Notes: generated from the sequence alone by a model not told the origin. A stretch of DNA of 64,000 bases from Azospirillaceae bacterium (GCA_028283825.1 JAPWJW010000004.1:2292-66291), one strand, 5' to 3'. Shown: positions 34,537 to 44,143, numbered from the stretch's first letter. Made by a program: numbers and translations.

Positions 34537-35444
34537 TGAAATCCACCGATCCCGCCCTGATCGAGTATCTGGCCAGTACCCCGGAAATCTGCCAGGCAGA
34601 ACTGTACACCATCTATCTGGCGACGGCCCGGGCCACCCCTGGTCTACCCGCCGGCAGCATGTTGTGCTGGACCACCTGGGACCAGGACATCACCATCGGT
34701 GACGTGACCTGGTCGGCCACGGGCCCGCAGGTTTCGCGGGGAGCCATCACCACCAGCATGACCATGGAGGTGCCGGAAGTGCAGTTGGACTGCTACTTCC
34801 GGGACAGTGACTTGGTCGATGGCCTGACCTTGGGTGCCTTCGCGGATAACGGGGGATTTATCGGCGCCCAGTTGGCTATCGACTGGGTTGTCATGCCCAC
34901 CCCTGGCGTTCCGACCTTCGTCGTCCGCGAGTTCACCGGCCCGCTGGGTGTCGCGGCACCATCGGCCAGCAAGGTGCAGCTGACGGGCAATGGCGCCAAT
35001 AAAAGCTTGAATGTCCAATATCCGCTGAGGCTTTACCAAAAGCCGTGTTTGAACACGCTGTACGCCGCCGATTGCGGGGTGCTGCGGACCAATTTCACCT
35101 GGTCGAACGCTTGCGCCGCCGGCAGCACGAACCTGGTGCTGGTGCCCGCCACCAACCTCTCCGCCATGGCCGGGCAGTCCATCGCACCGGACCCCACGGC
35201 CTTTGCCGATGGCGCCCTGACTTTCACCGGTGGTGTCAACGCGGGCGCGTCCCGGGGCATCCGGCTCGCGGCCGATGGCAGCATCACGCTGATGTATGGG
35301 CTCCAGCACACGCCGGGCCTGGGTGATCCCTTCGCCGTCAGCTACGGCTGCACCCACACCGCCGATATCTGCGGCAGCCGCTTCAACAACGCGGCCAGAT
35401 ATCAGGGCTACCCCTACATTCCACCGGCGGAGACCAGCGCATGA
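34536..35444 (+). CDS. RcGTA g13-like tail protein (DUF2163 plus BR0599 C-terminal motif)
   Basis: C-terminus YGCTHTADICGSRFNNAARYQGYPYIPP matches the BR0599-type motif. ATG overlaps the upstream stop. Confidence 0.6.
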   Translation: MKSTDPALIEYLASTPEICQAELYTIYLATARATPGLPAGSMLCWTTWDQDITIGDVTWSATGPQVSRGAITTSMTMEVPEVQLDCYFRDSDLVDGLTLGAFADNGGFIGAQLAIDWVVMPTPGVPTFVVREFTGPLGVAAPSASKVQLTGNGANKSLNVQYPLRLYQKPCLNTLYAADCGVLRTNFTWSNACAAGSTNLVLVPATNLSAMAGQSIAPDPTAFADGALTFTGGVNAGASRGIRLAADGSITLMYGLQHTPGLGDPFAVSYGCTHTADICGSRFNNAARYQGYPYIPPAETSA

Positions 35445-35893
35445 TGACCGTCGCTGAACAGCGCGCGGCCGTGGCGGCCGAGGCCCTGACGTGGGTAGGC
35501 ACGCGCTACCACCAGCTGGCCGATGTGAAGGGGGCCGGCGTCGATTGCTCCATGCTGCTGGTGCGCGTGTTTGTGGACACGGCCGTGATGCCGGCGTTCG
35601 ACCCCCGGCCGTATCCGCCCGATTGGCACCTGCACCGTTCGGAAGAGCGGTACGTGGCATGGGTCGAACAGTTCTGCACCGAGTTCGACCCGGCGATCCG
35701 CGCGCCGGAGGCGGGCGACGTGCTGTTGATGCACTTCGGCCGGTGCTTCAGTCACGGTGCCGTCATGATCGGGGCGAGCAGCCTGGTGCATGCCTTCGCC
35801 AAGGATGGACGCTGCACCCACGGTGACATCACCCATGAGCCCTTCCGCAGCCGCCAGCTGCGCTTCTACATCCCGAACGTTTGGGGGGCCTGA
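35441..35893 (+). CDS. NlpC/P60-family peptidase (RcGTA g14-like)
   Basis: GAGVDCSMLLVRVF (catalytic Cys) and a downstream His (SHGAVMIG). Conserved position. Confidence 0.7.
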   Translation: MMTVAEQRAAVAAEALTWVGTRYHQLADVKGAGVDCSMLLVRVFVDTAVMPAFDPRPYPPDWHLHRSEERYVAWVEQFCTEFDPAIRAPEAGDVLLMHFGRCFSHGAVMIGASSLVHAFAKDGRCTHGDITHEPFRSRQLRFYIPNVWGA

Positions 35894-38800
35894 TGGGCGG
35901 TCTTTTCGGCGGCAGCGCCTCTTCCACCACCACCACCCGTTTCACCAGCCTACAGGTGCAGACCAGTTCGGCCGGTGTGGCCAAATCTGTGATGTGGGGA
36001 CAGCGGCGTGCCGCTCCGAACCTGGTCTGGGCCAATAATCTGCAGTCCAAGGCGTCTAGCAGCGGCGGCGGCAAGGGCGGTGGTTCCAGCAGCGGTTATA
36101 CCTACACCATCGCGGTGGTCATGGCGCTCTGCGAGGGGCCAACGACCACCATCGGCCGGGTATGGGCGAATAAGGACGACACCACGCTGGCCAAGCTGGG
36201 CTTGACCTTCATGCCAGGCACCGATGGCCAGCAGGCGGTGACGGCCATCTATGCGAGCGCGCCGGCCGAAGCTCTCGCCTATCCCTTTACGGCCTATGTC
36301 GGCACGGCGACGTACGACCTGGGCAGCAGCGCCAGCTTGCCGAACCACAATTTCGAAGTGCAGTCCTGGCTGCACAACGCCCCCAACACCATGGATGCCC
36401 AGTGGCCGGACATCCTGACCGATTTCTTGACCAACGAGCGCTACGGCGCGCGCCTGGCTGCCGATTACATCGGGGATCTGAGCAGCTGGCGCGGCTACTG
36501 CGCGGCCCTGGGGTTCTACGGCTCACCCCTTCTGGACAGCCAAGAGACGGGCATCGACATCATCAACCGCTGGGCGCAGTTGACCAACACCGCCATTTTC
36601 TGGTCGGGGTCCGTCATCAAGGCGCTGCCGCTGGGGGACCAGGCCGTGTCAGGCACGGACGGCAGCTGGGACCCCGGCACATCCATCGTGCCTCAGTACG
36701 ACTTGACGTCTGACGATTTCATCGCCGACGCCAATGCCGACCCCATTACCGGCTCGGTGAAAGACCCGGCGGACACCTATAATTATGGTCAGCTGACGTA
36801 CTGCGACCGGACCAACAGCTATCAGGATGATGTGGCCACCGCCTTCATCCAGGCCGCGATTGACGCCGACCAGCTGCGGCCCATGGACACGGTGACGGGC
36901 CGTGAGTTGTGCGACGTCAACACCGCCACCCTTTCGATGCAGCTGCAGCTGCAGCGCGCCTGCTACGTCACCAACACCTATGCCTGGAAAACCGGGATCC
37001 AGTACCGGTTGCTAGAACCGGGCGACGTCGTCACCTTGACCGATGACCGGATGGGCTTGGACAAGTTCCCCGTCAGGATCACGAAAACCACGAACAATGC
37101 CGACAGGTCGATCGACTTCGAGGCGGAGGAACTGCCGGCAGGCGTCGGCACGGCAACTGCTCATCCGCGCACTACCACCGACACGGCCGCGATCAACACC
37201 AGCGTCGATCCGGGTGACGTCACCCAGGTCGTGATCACGGAACCCTCCCCGGGCCTGTCCGGCGGCGTGCAGCAGGTATGGATTGGCGCTGCCGGCGGGA
37301 CCTGGTGGGGTGGCGCGTCCGTCCGGATCAGCCTGGACGATGAGAAATACGAGCGCATTGGCGAATTGGAGGGGCCGTGCCGCGTGGGCGTGCTGGCCAC
37401 CGACTTGCCGGCGGCGGCCGACCCCGATACCACCAACCAGCCGCAGGTGACCCTGGCCAGCGCCCGGCTGGACCTGGGCACTGGCGACCAGGCCGACGCC
37501 GATGCCGGCCGCACCCTCTGCCTGATCGGAAACGAGATGATCAGCTACGCCACCGCGACGCTGGTGGCCGCGAACACCTACCGCCTTTCCTATGTGCGCC
37601 GCGGGCTGTACGGCACCACGATCACCGATCATCCGGCCGGCACCGCGTTCGCTCGCCTCGACGACAAGCTGTTCGCGTATGACCTGCCCAGCGCCTACAT
37701 CGGCCAGCGGCTCTACATCAAGCTGACCAGCTTCAACATCTTCGAGAGCGCGGAATACAGCGAGGCCGACGTTGACGCCTACACCTACACGCCGGTGGGG
37801 GCGGCCGGCATGCTGCCGGCACCCACCCGCCTGACGCTGGCCATCGAAACCGCGTTCCAGGCGGATGGCACGGTGCAGCCGGGCATCCGCGCCAACTGGA
37901 CGGCGGCGGACGCCGGCATGGCCACGGACACCGTGGTGCGGTTCGGGGCCGTCAGCGCCGGTGGGGTGAGCAGCTGGCAGACGGTGACGGTGGCCGCCGG
38001 CACCACCACCACCCTGCTGACGCCGGTGACCCAGACGCTGACCTATGCCGTCCAGGCGGCCAGCAGCATCAGTGCCGATGTGCGTTCGGTCTGGGCTCCC
38101 ACCACGGCCGCCACCATCACCGTGGGTGGCGTGCTGGCCGGGGCCACCATCACCAACCTGGAACTCTACGGCCAGGGTCTCGACACGACGTTTGTCACCC
38201 GGGATATCCACATCACCTGGCAGGGCAACTTCCCCAGCACCAGCTATGCGCTGGGCTCGGAACCCAACGGCACGGGCAGCGGCTTCGTGAACCCGTATTT
38301 CGCCGACTATGTGGTGGAGGTCTACGACCCCGACACGGACGCGCTGCTGCGCACCGAGCGGGTGACGGCGTCGGAATATATCTACACCTACGACAAGAAC
38401 GCCGGGGATGCCGGCGGCCCGCACCGCACGGTGAAGTTCAGCGTGCGCATGGAAGACAAGCTGGGTGGTCTGACCGATCCGCCGGCCACGCTGACCGTCA
38501 CCAATCCGCCGCCGGCACAGGTGCAGATCACCCCGCTGGGCATCAGCGGGGGCAGCGTCCTGCTGGGGTTCATCGCACCCGGCGACGTGGACTATGCCGG
38601 CGTGAACGCCTGGATCGGCACCACGGCCGACGTGGACACCAGCGGCACGCCGGCGGTCTCCGGCTATTCCGCCCCCCTGGTGGCGGCCGGCCTGACGGCG
38701 GGGCAGCAGTACTACGGCAAGGTGCAGACGTACGATGCATTCGGCTCGGCCGGCTGCCCGATTAGCGCCGCCTTCACTTGGACGGAGCCCTACGTCACTG

Positions 38801-40257
38801 CCGCCCAGCTGGCCGAAAAGATCATTGATGACACCAAGCTGACCGACGACCTGGCCGGCACCATCGACCTGATCACCGATCCCGCCACGGTGGTTGGATC
38901 GGTGGCCTACCAGGTCGCGCAGGAGGCGGCAGCGCGGGGGGCGGCGATCCAGACGGTGCAGACGGCCATCGGCAATGTCGCCACCAATGTGACCTCGCTG
39001 GCGGCGGTGGTGAACGACGCTTCCACCGGCCTGGCTGCGACACGGGCCCAGGTGACGGATTTCGAGCAGGCGCAGGCGACCACCAACACCGCCACGGCGA
39101 ACAGCATCAGCACGCTGACAGCGCAGGTGAACGACCCGGCCACCGGCCTGCCGGCGACCCTGGCGGCCGTCCAGGCCAACCAGAGCGCGCAGGCCGGCGT
39201 CAACACCGCCACGGCCAGCAGCATCAGCACGCTTCAGACCACCGTGGGGGCCAATACCGCCAGCATCGAGACGCTGGCCACCTCGGTGGATGGGGTTGAG
39301 GGTGAGTACACCGTCAAGATCGAGACGGACAGCGGCGGCGTGCCGTACGTGGCCGGCTTCGGCCTGATCAACAACGGTCCCGGCACCTCGCAGTTCATCG
39401 TGCGGGCCGATACCTTCGCCATCATCCCGCCCGGCGCCACGGTGGCACAGGCGCCGTTCGTGGTCGGCACGGTTGATGGCGCCTACATCGTGTCCATCAA
39501 CCACGCCTTCATCCAGAACCTGGATGCCTCCGTCATCACCACCGGCACCTTCGGCGCCGACGTCGTGTATGCCGGCACGCTCTCGGCCGACAACATCACG
39601 GGCGGCAGCATCGCCGGCAAGGACATCTACACGGCGACGGGTGGTCCCCGCCTGCTGATGCACGGCTCAGACGATGGCAACGGTTATGGCCCGTACTGGG
39701 GTGCCAGTGATGGAACCCGCTGGCGGGTGCTGATCGGGCGGCTTGCCAACGATTGGGGGATCAACGTCACCGACAGCGCCGGCCGCACCCTGTTCGACAC
39801 CAACGACCTGGGCACCGGGGTGGCCAGCAACATGCAGTCGGTGTCCGCCAATATGGACGGATCGACGATACTGGCTTCCGACAAGGGCGCATGGACCACG
39901 TTGTGCACGCTGCCGGCCTTTCAGGTTCGCGGCAACGCCTGCGATGTGCGGGTCAGCTTCAGCGCCAGCATCGTCAGTACATCCGGCACGACGGCTACCA
40001 ACGTGAATGTGCGGGTTCTTCGCACCAACGTACGGACGAGCGCGACGGAGGTCATCGGCCTGTCCCTCACGGCGGCGCCCTACCAGGGCTTCGCCACCGA
40101 TCCCGCGTTCACCGACACCAGCCTGGACCAATACACCTACGCCCTGCAGGCCTATCGACCCGCCGACATCGCCGGCGGCGGTGATACCGGGGGCACGATC
40201 ACCTACCAATATTGGCAGTACTACAACCTCTTCCTACAGGTGAGGTGGTTCCGATGA
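35893..40257 (+). CDS. Host-specificity / central tail fibre protein (RcGTA g15-like)
   Basis: 1454 aa, follows the g12-g14-like genes. Start ATG 35893 overlaps the upstream stop (TGATG). Confidence 0.65.
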   Translation: MGGLFGGSASSTTTTRFTSLQVQTSSAGVAKSVMWGQRRAAPNLVWANNLQSKASSSGGGKGGGSSSGYTYTIAVVMALCEGPTTTIGRVWANKDDTTLAKLGLTFMPGTDGQQAVTAIYASAPAEALAYPFTAYVGTATYDLGSSASLPNHNFEVQSWLHNAPNTMDAQWPDILTDFLTNERYGARLAADYIGDLSSWRGYCAALGFYGSPLLDSQETGIDIINRWAQLTNTAIFWSGSVIKALPLGDQAVSGTDGSWDPGTSIVPQYDLTSDDFIADANADPITGSVKDPADTYNYGQLTYCDRTNSYQDDVATAFIQAAIDADQLRPMDTVTGRELCDVNTATLSMQLQLQRACYVTNTYAWKTGIQYRLLEPGDVVTLTDDRMGLDKFPVRITKTTNNADRSIDFEAEELPAGVGTATAHPRTTTDTAAINTSVDPGDVTQVVITEPSPGLSGGVQQVWIGAAGGTWWGGASVRISLDDEKYERIGELEGPCRVGVLATDLPAAADPDTTNQPQVTLASARLDLGTGDQADADAGRTLCLIGNEMISYATATLVAANTYRLSYVRRGLYGTTITDHPAGTAFARLDDKLFAYDLPSAYIGQRLYIKLTSFNIFESAEYSEADVDAYTYTPVGAAGMLPAPTRLTLAIETAFQADGTVQPGIRANWTAADAGMATDTVVRFGAVSAGGVSSWQTVTVAAGTTTTLLTPVTQTLTYAVQAASSISADVRSVWAPTTAATITVGGVLAGATITNLELYGQGLDTTFVTRDIHITWQGNFPSTSYALGSEPNGTGSGFVNPYFADYVVEVYDPDTDALLRTERVTASEYIYTYDKNAGDAGGPHRTVKFSVRMEDKLGGLTDPPATLTVTNPPPAQVQITPLGISGGSVLLGFIAPGDVDYAGVNAWIGTTADVDTSGTPAVSGYSAPLVAAGLTAGQQYYGKVQTYDAFGSAGCPISAAFTWTEPYVTAAQLAEKIIDDTKLTDDLAGTIDLITDPATVVGSVAYQVAQEAAARGAAIQTVQTAIGNVATNVTSLAAVVNDASTGLAATRAQVTDFEQAQATTNTATANSISTLTAQVNDPATGLPATLAAVQANQSAQAGVNTATASSISTLQTTVGANTASIETLATSVDGVEGEYTVKIETDSGGVPYVAGFGLINNGPGTSQFIVRADTFAIIPPGATVAQAPFVVGTVDGAYIVSINHAFIQNLDASVITTGTFGADVVYAGTLSADNITGGSIAGKDIYTATGGPRLLMHGSDDGNGYGPYWGASDGTRWRVLIGRLANDWGINVTDSAGRTLFDTNDLGTGVASNMQSVSANMDGSTILASDKGAWTTLCTLPAFQVRGNACDVRVSFSASIVSTSGTTATNVNVRVLRTNVRTSATEVIGLSLTAAPYQGFATDPAFTDTSLDQYTYALQAYRPADIAGGGDTGGTITYQYWQYYNLFLQVRWFR

Positions 40258-40700
40258 CCGACACGCTGCCCCCTGCCATTGTCGCGGGCACCCATTACTA
40301 CGCCGATTACGACCCGACCACCGGCCGCATCCTGGCCCTGCACCAGCGCGACCCGCTCAACCTGCTGGCGGAAGGCGTCGGCGCTGAAGGCATCGGCCGG
40401 CTGAAGCTGACCGACGACCAGGTGGATGGCGTCTGGTCCTGCCAGGTGGTCGGTGGCGTGCTGACGCCCAAGAGCGACACCGCCCTGGCCGCGCAGGTGG
40501 CCGCCGCCGCCCTGGCCGACCTGCGCATCCAGCGGGATGCCCTGTTGTCCGCCAGCGACATCCGGGTGCTGCCTGACCGCTGGGCGGTGATGACCGATGC
40601 CCAGCGTGCCGCGTGGTCGCTCTACCGCCAGGCCCTGCGCGACCTGCCCACCACCATCACCGACCCAACCGCGCCCGCGTGGCCGGTTCAGCCCGCCTGA
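40254..40700 (+). CDS. Tail fibre assembly chaperone-like protein
   Basis: C-terminus RIQRDALLSASDIRVLPDRWAVMTDAQRAAWSLYRQALRDLP matches the tail-fibre-assembly motif (W..YRQ.LRD.P). Confidence 0.55.
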   Translation: MTDTLPPAIVAGTHYYADYDPTTGRILALHQRDPLNLLAEGVGAEGIGRLKLTDDQVDGVWSCQVVGGVLTPKSDTALAAQVAAAALADLRIQRDALLSASDIRVLPDRWAVMTDAQRAAWSLYRQALRDLPTTITDPTAPAWPVQPA

Positions 40701-40709
40701 GGATTGACC

Positions 40710-43310
40710 ATGGCAGCCTATTCGACCGGCACCATCACCCTGACCAACGGCAGCGACGTCGTCACCGGCACCGGTACGGCCTGGCTGGCCAACGCCGCCC
40801 AAGGCCAGTTGCTGCAACCCCTGCCGTCGCCGACCATCAGCCTGGTGGCCTATGTGGCGGCCGTGGTGGACAATGGCAAGCTGCGCCTGGAAAGCCCCTG
40901 GGCTGGCGACAGCTACACCGGCATCGCCTACCAGCTGGTGCGCGACTTCGACCCGTTGTCGAACACGGCCCTGATCCCCAACGGCAACACGCGCCCGGAC
41001 GTGCTGGTGAACCGGGCGATCACCCGCCTGTCGCAGTATGCGGCGACGGGCGACAAGACGGCCGCCGTCGTCGTCGCCCAGGGCGCGGAAACCTTCCGGA
41101 CGCTGGCCGCCCACTGCGGCGACTTCCCCACGCCGATGGACTGGGGTGCTGTCGGTGATGGGATCGCTGATGACACAGCGGCCCTACAGGCAGCCTGGAA
41201 CGCCGTCGCGGTGATTGGGGGTGGCTGTCTGCATTTGGGCGGCAGGAACTTTCGGGTGACGGCCCCCATCTCGCTCTATACGGGCGTGCGGACCAAAATT
41301 AGGGGGCCGGGCACGTTCACGGTCGATTTCAGCGGCGCCAACTTGGTGGCCTTCAGCGCGACCAATCCCACCAGCCCCTCTACGCGAGGCGGCCAGTTGG
41401 AGATTGAGAACGTGGCCTTCAACACATCCGTGGCGGTTCAAAGCGCGGGCACCGGGCCAGTGCTCTTCGAGCATATGTATTGCAGCAGCCTGCGCCTGGT
41501 GCGGTGCACCCTGTCCAGCTACGCCAACAACACGGCGCTCCGGCTGGGATCGGTCTGGAACGCCGTGGTGGACGACACCTATGTGTGGGGGGCGGGCTGC
41601 CAGCGGGCGCGAAAGCAGATCCCCACGACAACAACCTTCTCCATTGCGTATGGGGCCACCGCTCTTCAGGCGTCCGCCGCGATTTTCGATGCCTCCGATG
41701 TCGGTCAGATCATCTGCGTGGGTACGCAGATCTTTACGATCCAGTCCGTGACGGATGCCCAAAATGCCGTCACGACGATGACGGCCGTGCGCACCACGTC
41801 CGGGGGAGTGGGCCTCTTCGACGGTGTGCGTGGCGCCATGGCGGCGGGATCGACCACGTTGACCTTGGCCGCCGCCGTTATGACCGCTGCTGACGTAGGG
41901 CGCCTCGTTTATGTTCTGGACGCGAAGCTGAACACCTATCCCACCAACATGCTGGCCCCGCTGCGGGCAACCATCACGGCAGTGAGTGCCGATGGGGCGA
42001 CGATAACGCTCGATACGCCGGCCTCAGCCACGGTCACCAATTCCTATGTTGCCATCTCCCCGGCCGTCGAGATCACGAACCAGGACGGTGCCAACAAGAC
42101 CAACGATTTCATCCTGCACGCTCTGCAGGTCGAGCAGTTTCGCGGCATCGGCCTGGTGATCAATGGCGGCGACAATGTCTTCATGTCGGGCTTGAAGCTG
42201 CATGGTTACCCCTCGGCACACAACAATACGTCCAGCCTGGCGGCCGCCCTCTTCACCGGCATGAGCGGCTACATCGCGGGCGCCGATTTCGAAGCCACGG
42301 TGGTCAACAACATCGCGCGGGTGATGGTGTCATGCCTGAACAGTGCCTTGGGCATCGACCAGGTTTCGGCGACCGTTATGGACGATCAACCGATCATCGC
42401 TCAGACGAGCGGCTATTCCGGCAGCATCTGCAACATCGGCAACGTTACGGTCGCCAACGCGTGTGCGGCCAGATCGTTGACGACGCCTTACACCAATACA
42501 GGTGTTGGTGTCCTGAATGTCTGGGGGGCATTGGGGGCCTATGCCAATGCGGCGCCGGTCATCAGCGTGGCGCGCACCTTCCGGCAGCCCGTGGCGGTCC
42601 AATCGGGCTCATTGGCTGCCCCGGGTATGGCCGTTGCCGGCGACAGTGACACCGGCCTGGCGCAGGTGAGTGGGGCCAACACTGTGTCGCTGGTCGCGGG
42701 AGCGGTCGAAGCCCTCCGGGTGTCCGCCACATACACGGCGATCCCTAACTACCTGGCCATCAACAATACGTCGAACCTCTACGACCGGCTGATCATTCGC
42801 GAGGACGCGGCGCGCCACATCTACCTCTCCACCATTTCCGATACGGCTGCGGCCTGCCCCTACATTTACGCCAAGCGGGCGAGGGTGACGGGCACCGCCA
42901 GCGCGAGCGGCGATCACCTGTTTTGGCTGGACATTCGTGGCAACAACGGCGTTTCGGACGTCAACTGTGCCGCAATCACCGTGCTGCAGACGGGAGCCGT
43001 CAACGGCAGCAATGTCCCGGCTGCCATCGTGCTGTATGCGCAACCTGCCTCGGGGGTGACCTACGCACAGGAAATCCTGCGGGCAAACGGCGACTACTCG
43101 GTGGTGCACCGGGGAAACGCCCAAACCATCATCAATGCCAATTCGCTCCACACCCATCGGCCGTACACGGTCGCCGGCCTACCCGCCGCTGCCACCAACC
43201 AATGGGCGGAAGCCGCCGTATCCAATCCGACGACGGGCAAGCTGCCGAAGGTCATGAGCGACGGCACCAACTGGCTCTACATGGATGGATCCGTCGCCCG
43301 CGCGGGCTGA
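40710..43310 (+). CDS. Tail fibre/tailspike with pectate-lyase-like beta-helix domain
   Basis: WGAVGDGIADDTAALQAAWNAV is the Pectate_lyase_3-type N-cap motif. Long Gly/Ala/Thr/Val-rich repeats follow. Confidence 0.6.
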   Translation: MAAYSTGTITLTNGSDVVTGTGTAWLANAAQGQLLQPLPSPTISLVAYVAAVVDNGKLRLESPWAGDSYTGIAYQLVRDFDPLSNTALIPNGNTRPDVLVNRAITRLSQYAATGDKTAAVVVAQGAETFRTLAAHCGDFPTPMDWGAVGDGIADDTAALQAAWNAVAVIGGGCLHLGGRNFRVTAPISLYTGVRTKIRGPGTFTVDFSGANLVAFSATNPTSPSTRGGQLEIENVAFNTSVAVQSAGTGPVLFEHMYCSSLRLVRCTLSSYANNTALRLGSVWNAVVDDTYVWGAGCQRARKQIPTTTTFSIAYGATALQASAAIFDASDVGQIICVGTQIFTIQSVTDAQNAVTTMTAVRTTSGGVGLFDGVRGAMAAGSTTLTLAAAVMTAADVGRLVYVLDAKLNTYPTNMLAPLRATITAVSADGATITLDTPASATVTNSYVAISPAVEITNQDGANKTNDFILHALQVEQFRGIGLVINGGDNVFMSGLKLHGYPSAHNNTSSLAAALFTGMSGYIAGADFEATVVNNIARVMVSCLNSALGIDQVSATVMDDQPIIAQTSGYSGSICNIGNVTVANACAARSLTTPYTNTGVGVLNVWGALGAYANAAPVISVARTFRQPVAVQSGSLAAPGMAVAGDSDTGLAQVSGANTVSLVAGAVEALRVSATYTAIPNYLAINNTSNLYDRLIIREDAARHIYLSTISDTAAACPYIYAKRARVTGTASASGDHLFWLDIRGNNGVSDVNCAAITVLQTGAVNGSNVPAAIVLYAQPASGVTYAQEILRANGDYSVVHRGNAQTIINANSLHTHRPYTVAGLPAAATNQWAEAAVSNPTTGKLPKVMSDGTNWLYMDGSVARAG

Positions 43311-43336
43311 ACCCTTCACTCAGGATAAGGAAGAAG

Positions 43337-43705
43337 ATGCAGATTACGACGATCCCTTATGGCGCCCAGGTCCGCCTGATGCGCAACCCCGACGGCTCGA
43401 TCAGCGTCGCGGACATGAGCTACCAGGCACTGGAAATCTTGATCGCGGACGATGGCACGGTCACCCCGACACGTGAGTTGCCGCCACGCACCATTACCAC
43501 CGCTGATCCTGAATATGGGGCGTTGGTCAATGCCATCGACACCGCGATGGCGGCGGACAATGCCAATCTGACGGCCGCCAACACCGCGCTGACCGGTCAA
43601 CTGCAGGCGGCTCAAGCCGCCTTGGCCTCGGTGACGGCTGAGCGGGATGCCCTGCTGCAGTCCCAAGTGCCTGCCACGGCTGATGCTGGAGGCGCTGTGA
43701 CCTAA
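43337..43705 (+). CDS. Hypothetical protein, last prophage gene
   Basis: ATG 43337 with AAGGAAGAAG RBS. C-terminal coiled coil LTAANTALTGQLQAAQAALASVTAERDALL. Confidence 0.5.
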   Translation: MQITTIPYGAQVRLMRNPDGSISVADMSYQALEILIADDGTVTPTRELPPRTITTADPEYGALVNAIDTAMAADNANLTAANTALTGQLQAAQAALASVTAERDALLQSQVPATADAGGAVT

Positions 43706-43720
43706 CTCGTGACCTAACTC
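43697..43720. repeat. Perfect 12-bp tandem duplication GTGACCTAACTC x2
   Basis: Read directly. The first copy contains the stop codon of the last gene. Confidence 0.9.
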
Positions 43721-43729
43721 GGCGGTACG

Positions 43730-43804
43730 CTTAAGGGGCTTTGAATGGCCTCTTAAGCGTGGTTTTCTGCTCCAAGCTTAAGTGTCATTCAGTCCAAACT
43801 TAAG
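43730..43804. repeat. Array of four CTTAAG-cored sites at the right end (candidate transposase sites)
   Basis: CTTAAG at 43730, 43752, 43777 and 43799 (spacing 22, 25, 22 bp). The two distal sites share CACTTAAG.TTGGA in reverse complement. Confidence 0.55.
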
Positions 43805-43816
43805 TGGCGCGCTTCA
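43789..43816. repeat. Right terminal inverted repeat (attR terminal site)
   Basis: Its reverse complement aligns 18/28 with 2023-2050. Ends in CA. Confidence 0.65.
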
Positions 43817-43821
43817 GCGAT
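43817..43821. repeat. Target-site duplication, right copy (GCGAT)
   Basis: Identical to 2018-2022. Confidence 0.8.
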
Positions 43822-44143
43822 GCTGGCCTTCTATCTGGACTCGGCCGAGGGCGAGGAAGGGCGGCGGGGCTGCCTGGTCGCCGGGGCGGCGACGGACATG
43901 TCCACCTTCGATCCGGAGATGGCGGCCGTGGTCGCGGGCGCCCTGGCCGCCACGGAGGCGCAGATCGGCCGGCTGGTCACGCAAGGCCAGGCCGACGGTT
44001 CCATCCCGGCGTCGGTGGATGCGGCCGCCACGACAGTGGCCCTGCTGTGTTTGCTGCAAGGGCTGCGGGTGGTGGGCAAGACGGCGCGCCCGCGGGACAC
44101 GTTGGCGGCGGCGGTCGCCACTGCATTGAAATTGCTGGACTAA
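43817..44143 (+). pseudogene. TetR-family regulator, C-terminal (ligand-domain) fragment
   Basis: (A)MLAFYLDSAEGEEGRRGCLVAGAATDM... Joining 1685-2022 to 43822-44143 gives 660 nt (220 codons) reading ...GRARLEAMLAFYLDSAEG... Confidence 0.8.

Larger units (their letters stand above)
2023..43816 (+). mobile_element. Mu-like transposable prophage (siphovirus-type, RcapMu/GTA-like tail), 41,794 bp
   Basis: TG...CA termini, 5-bp TSD and 18/28-matching terminal inverted repeats. Mu gene order: repressor, ner, A, B, gemA, mor/C, lysis, gp25-28, portal/F, protease, capsid, tail. The host TetR gene is split by it. Confidence 0.85.

Noticed and set aside
7108-39663. Very long antisense ORFs (for example 7108-8712, 9794-10978, 22176-24215, 31708-33189, 37012-39663) opposite well-supported genes
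   Set aside because: These are typical shadow ORFs of high-GC DNA. The translations are Arg/Gly/Pro/His-rich with no motifs, and the sense-strand genes have clear family signatures and operon logic.
43322-43331. Reverse-complement CCTTATCC match to the late-promoter element just before the last prophage gene (possible Pmom analogue)
   Set aside because: Only 8 nt match, in the wrong orientation. It overlaps the AAGGAAGAAG RBS and lacks the TGAAA/TTTCA dyad.
43730-43804. Regularly spaced short repeats considered as a possible mini CRISPR-like array
   Set aside because: The repeat core is only 6-8 bp and spacing is 22-25 bp. They sit at a transposon terminus and there are no cas genes. Interpreted as transposase binding sites.
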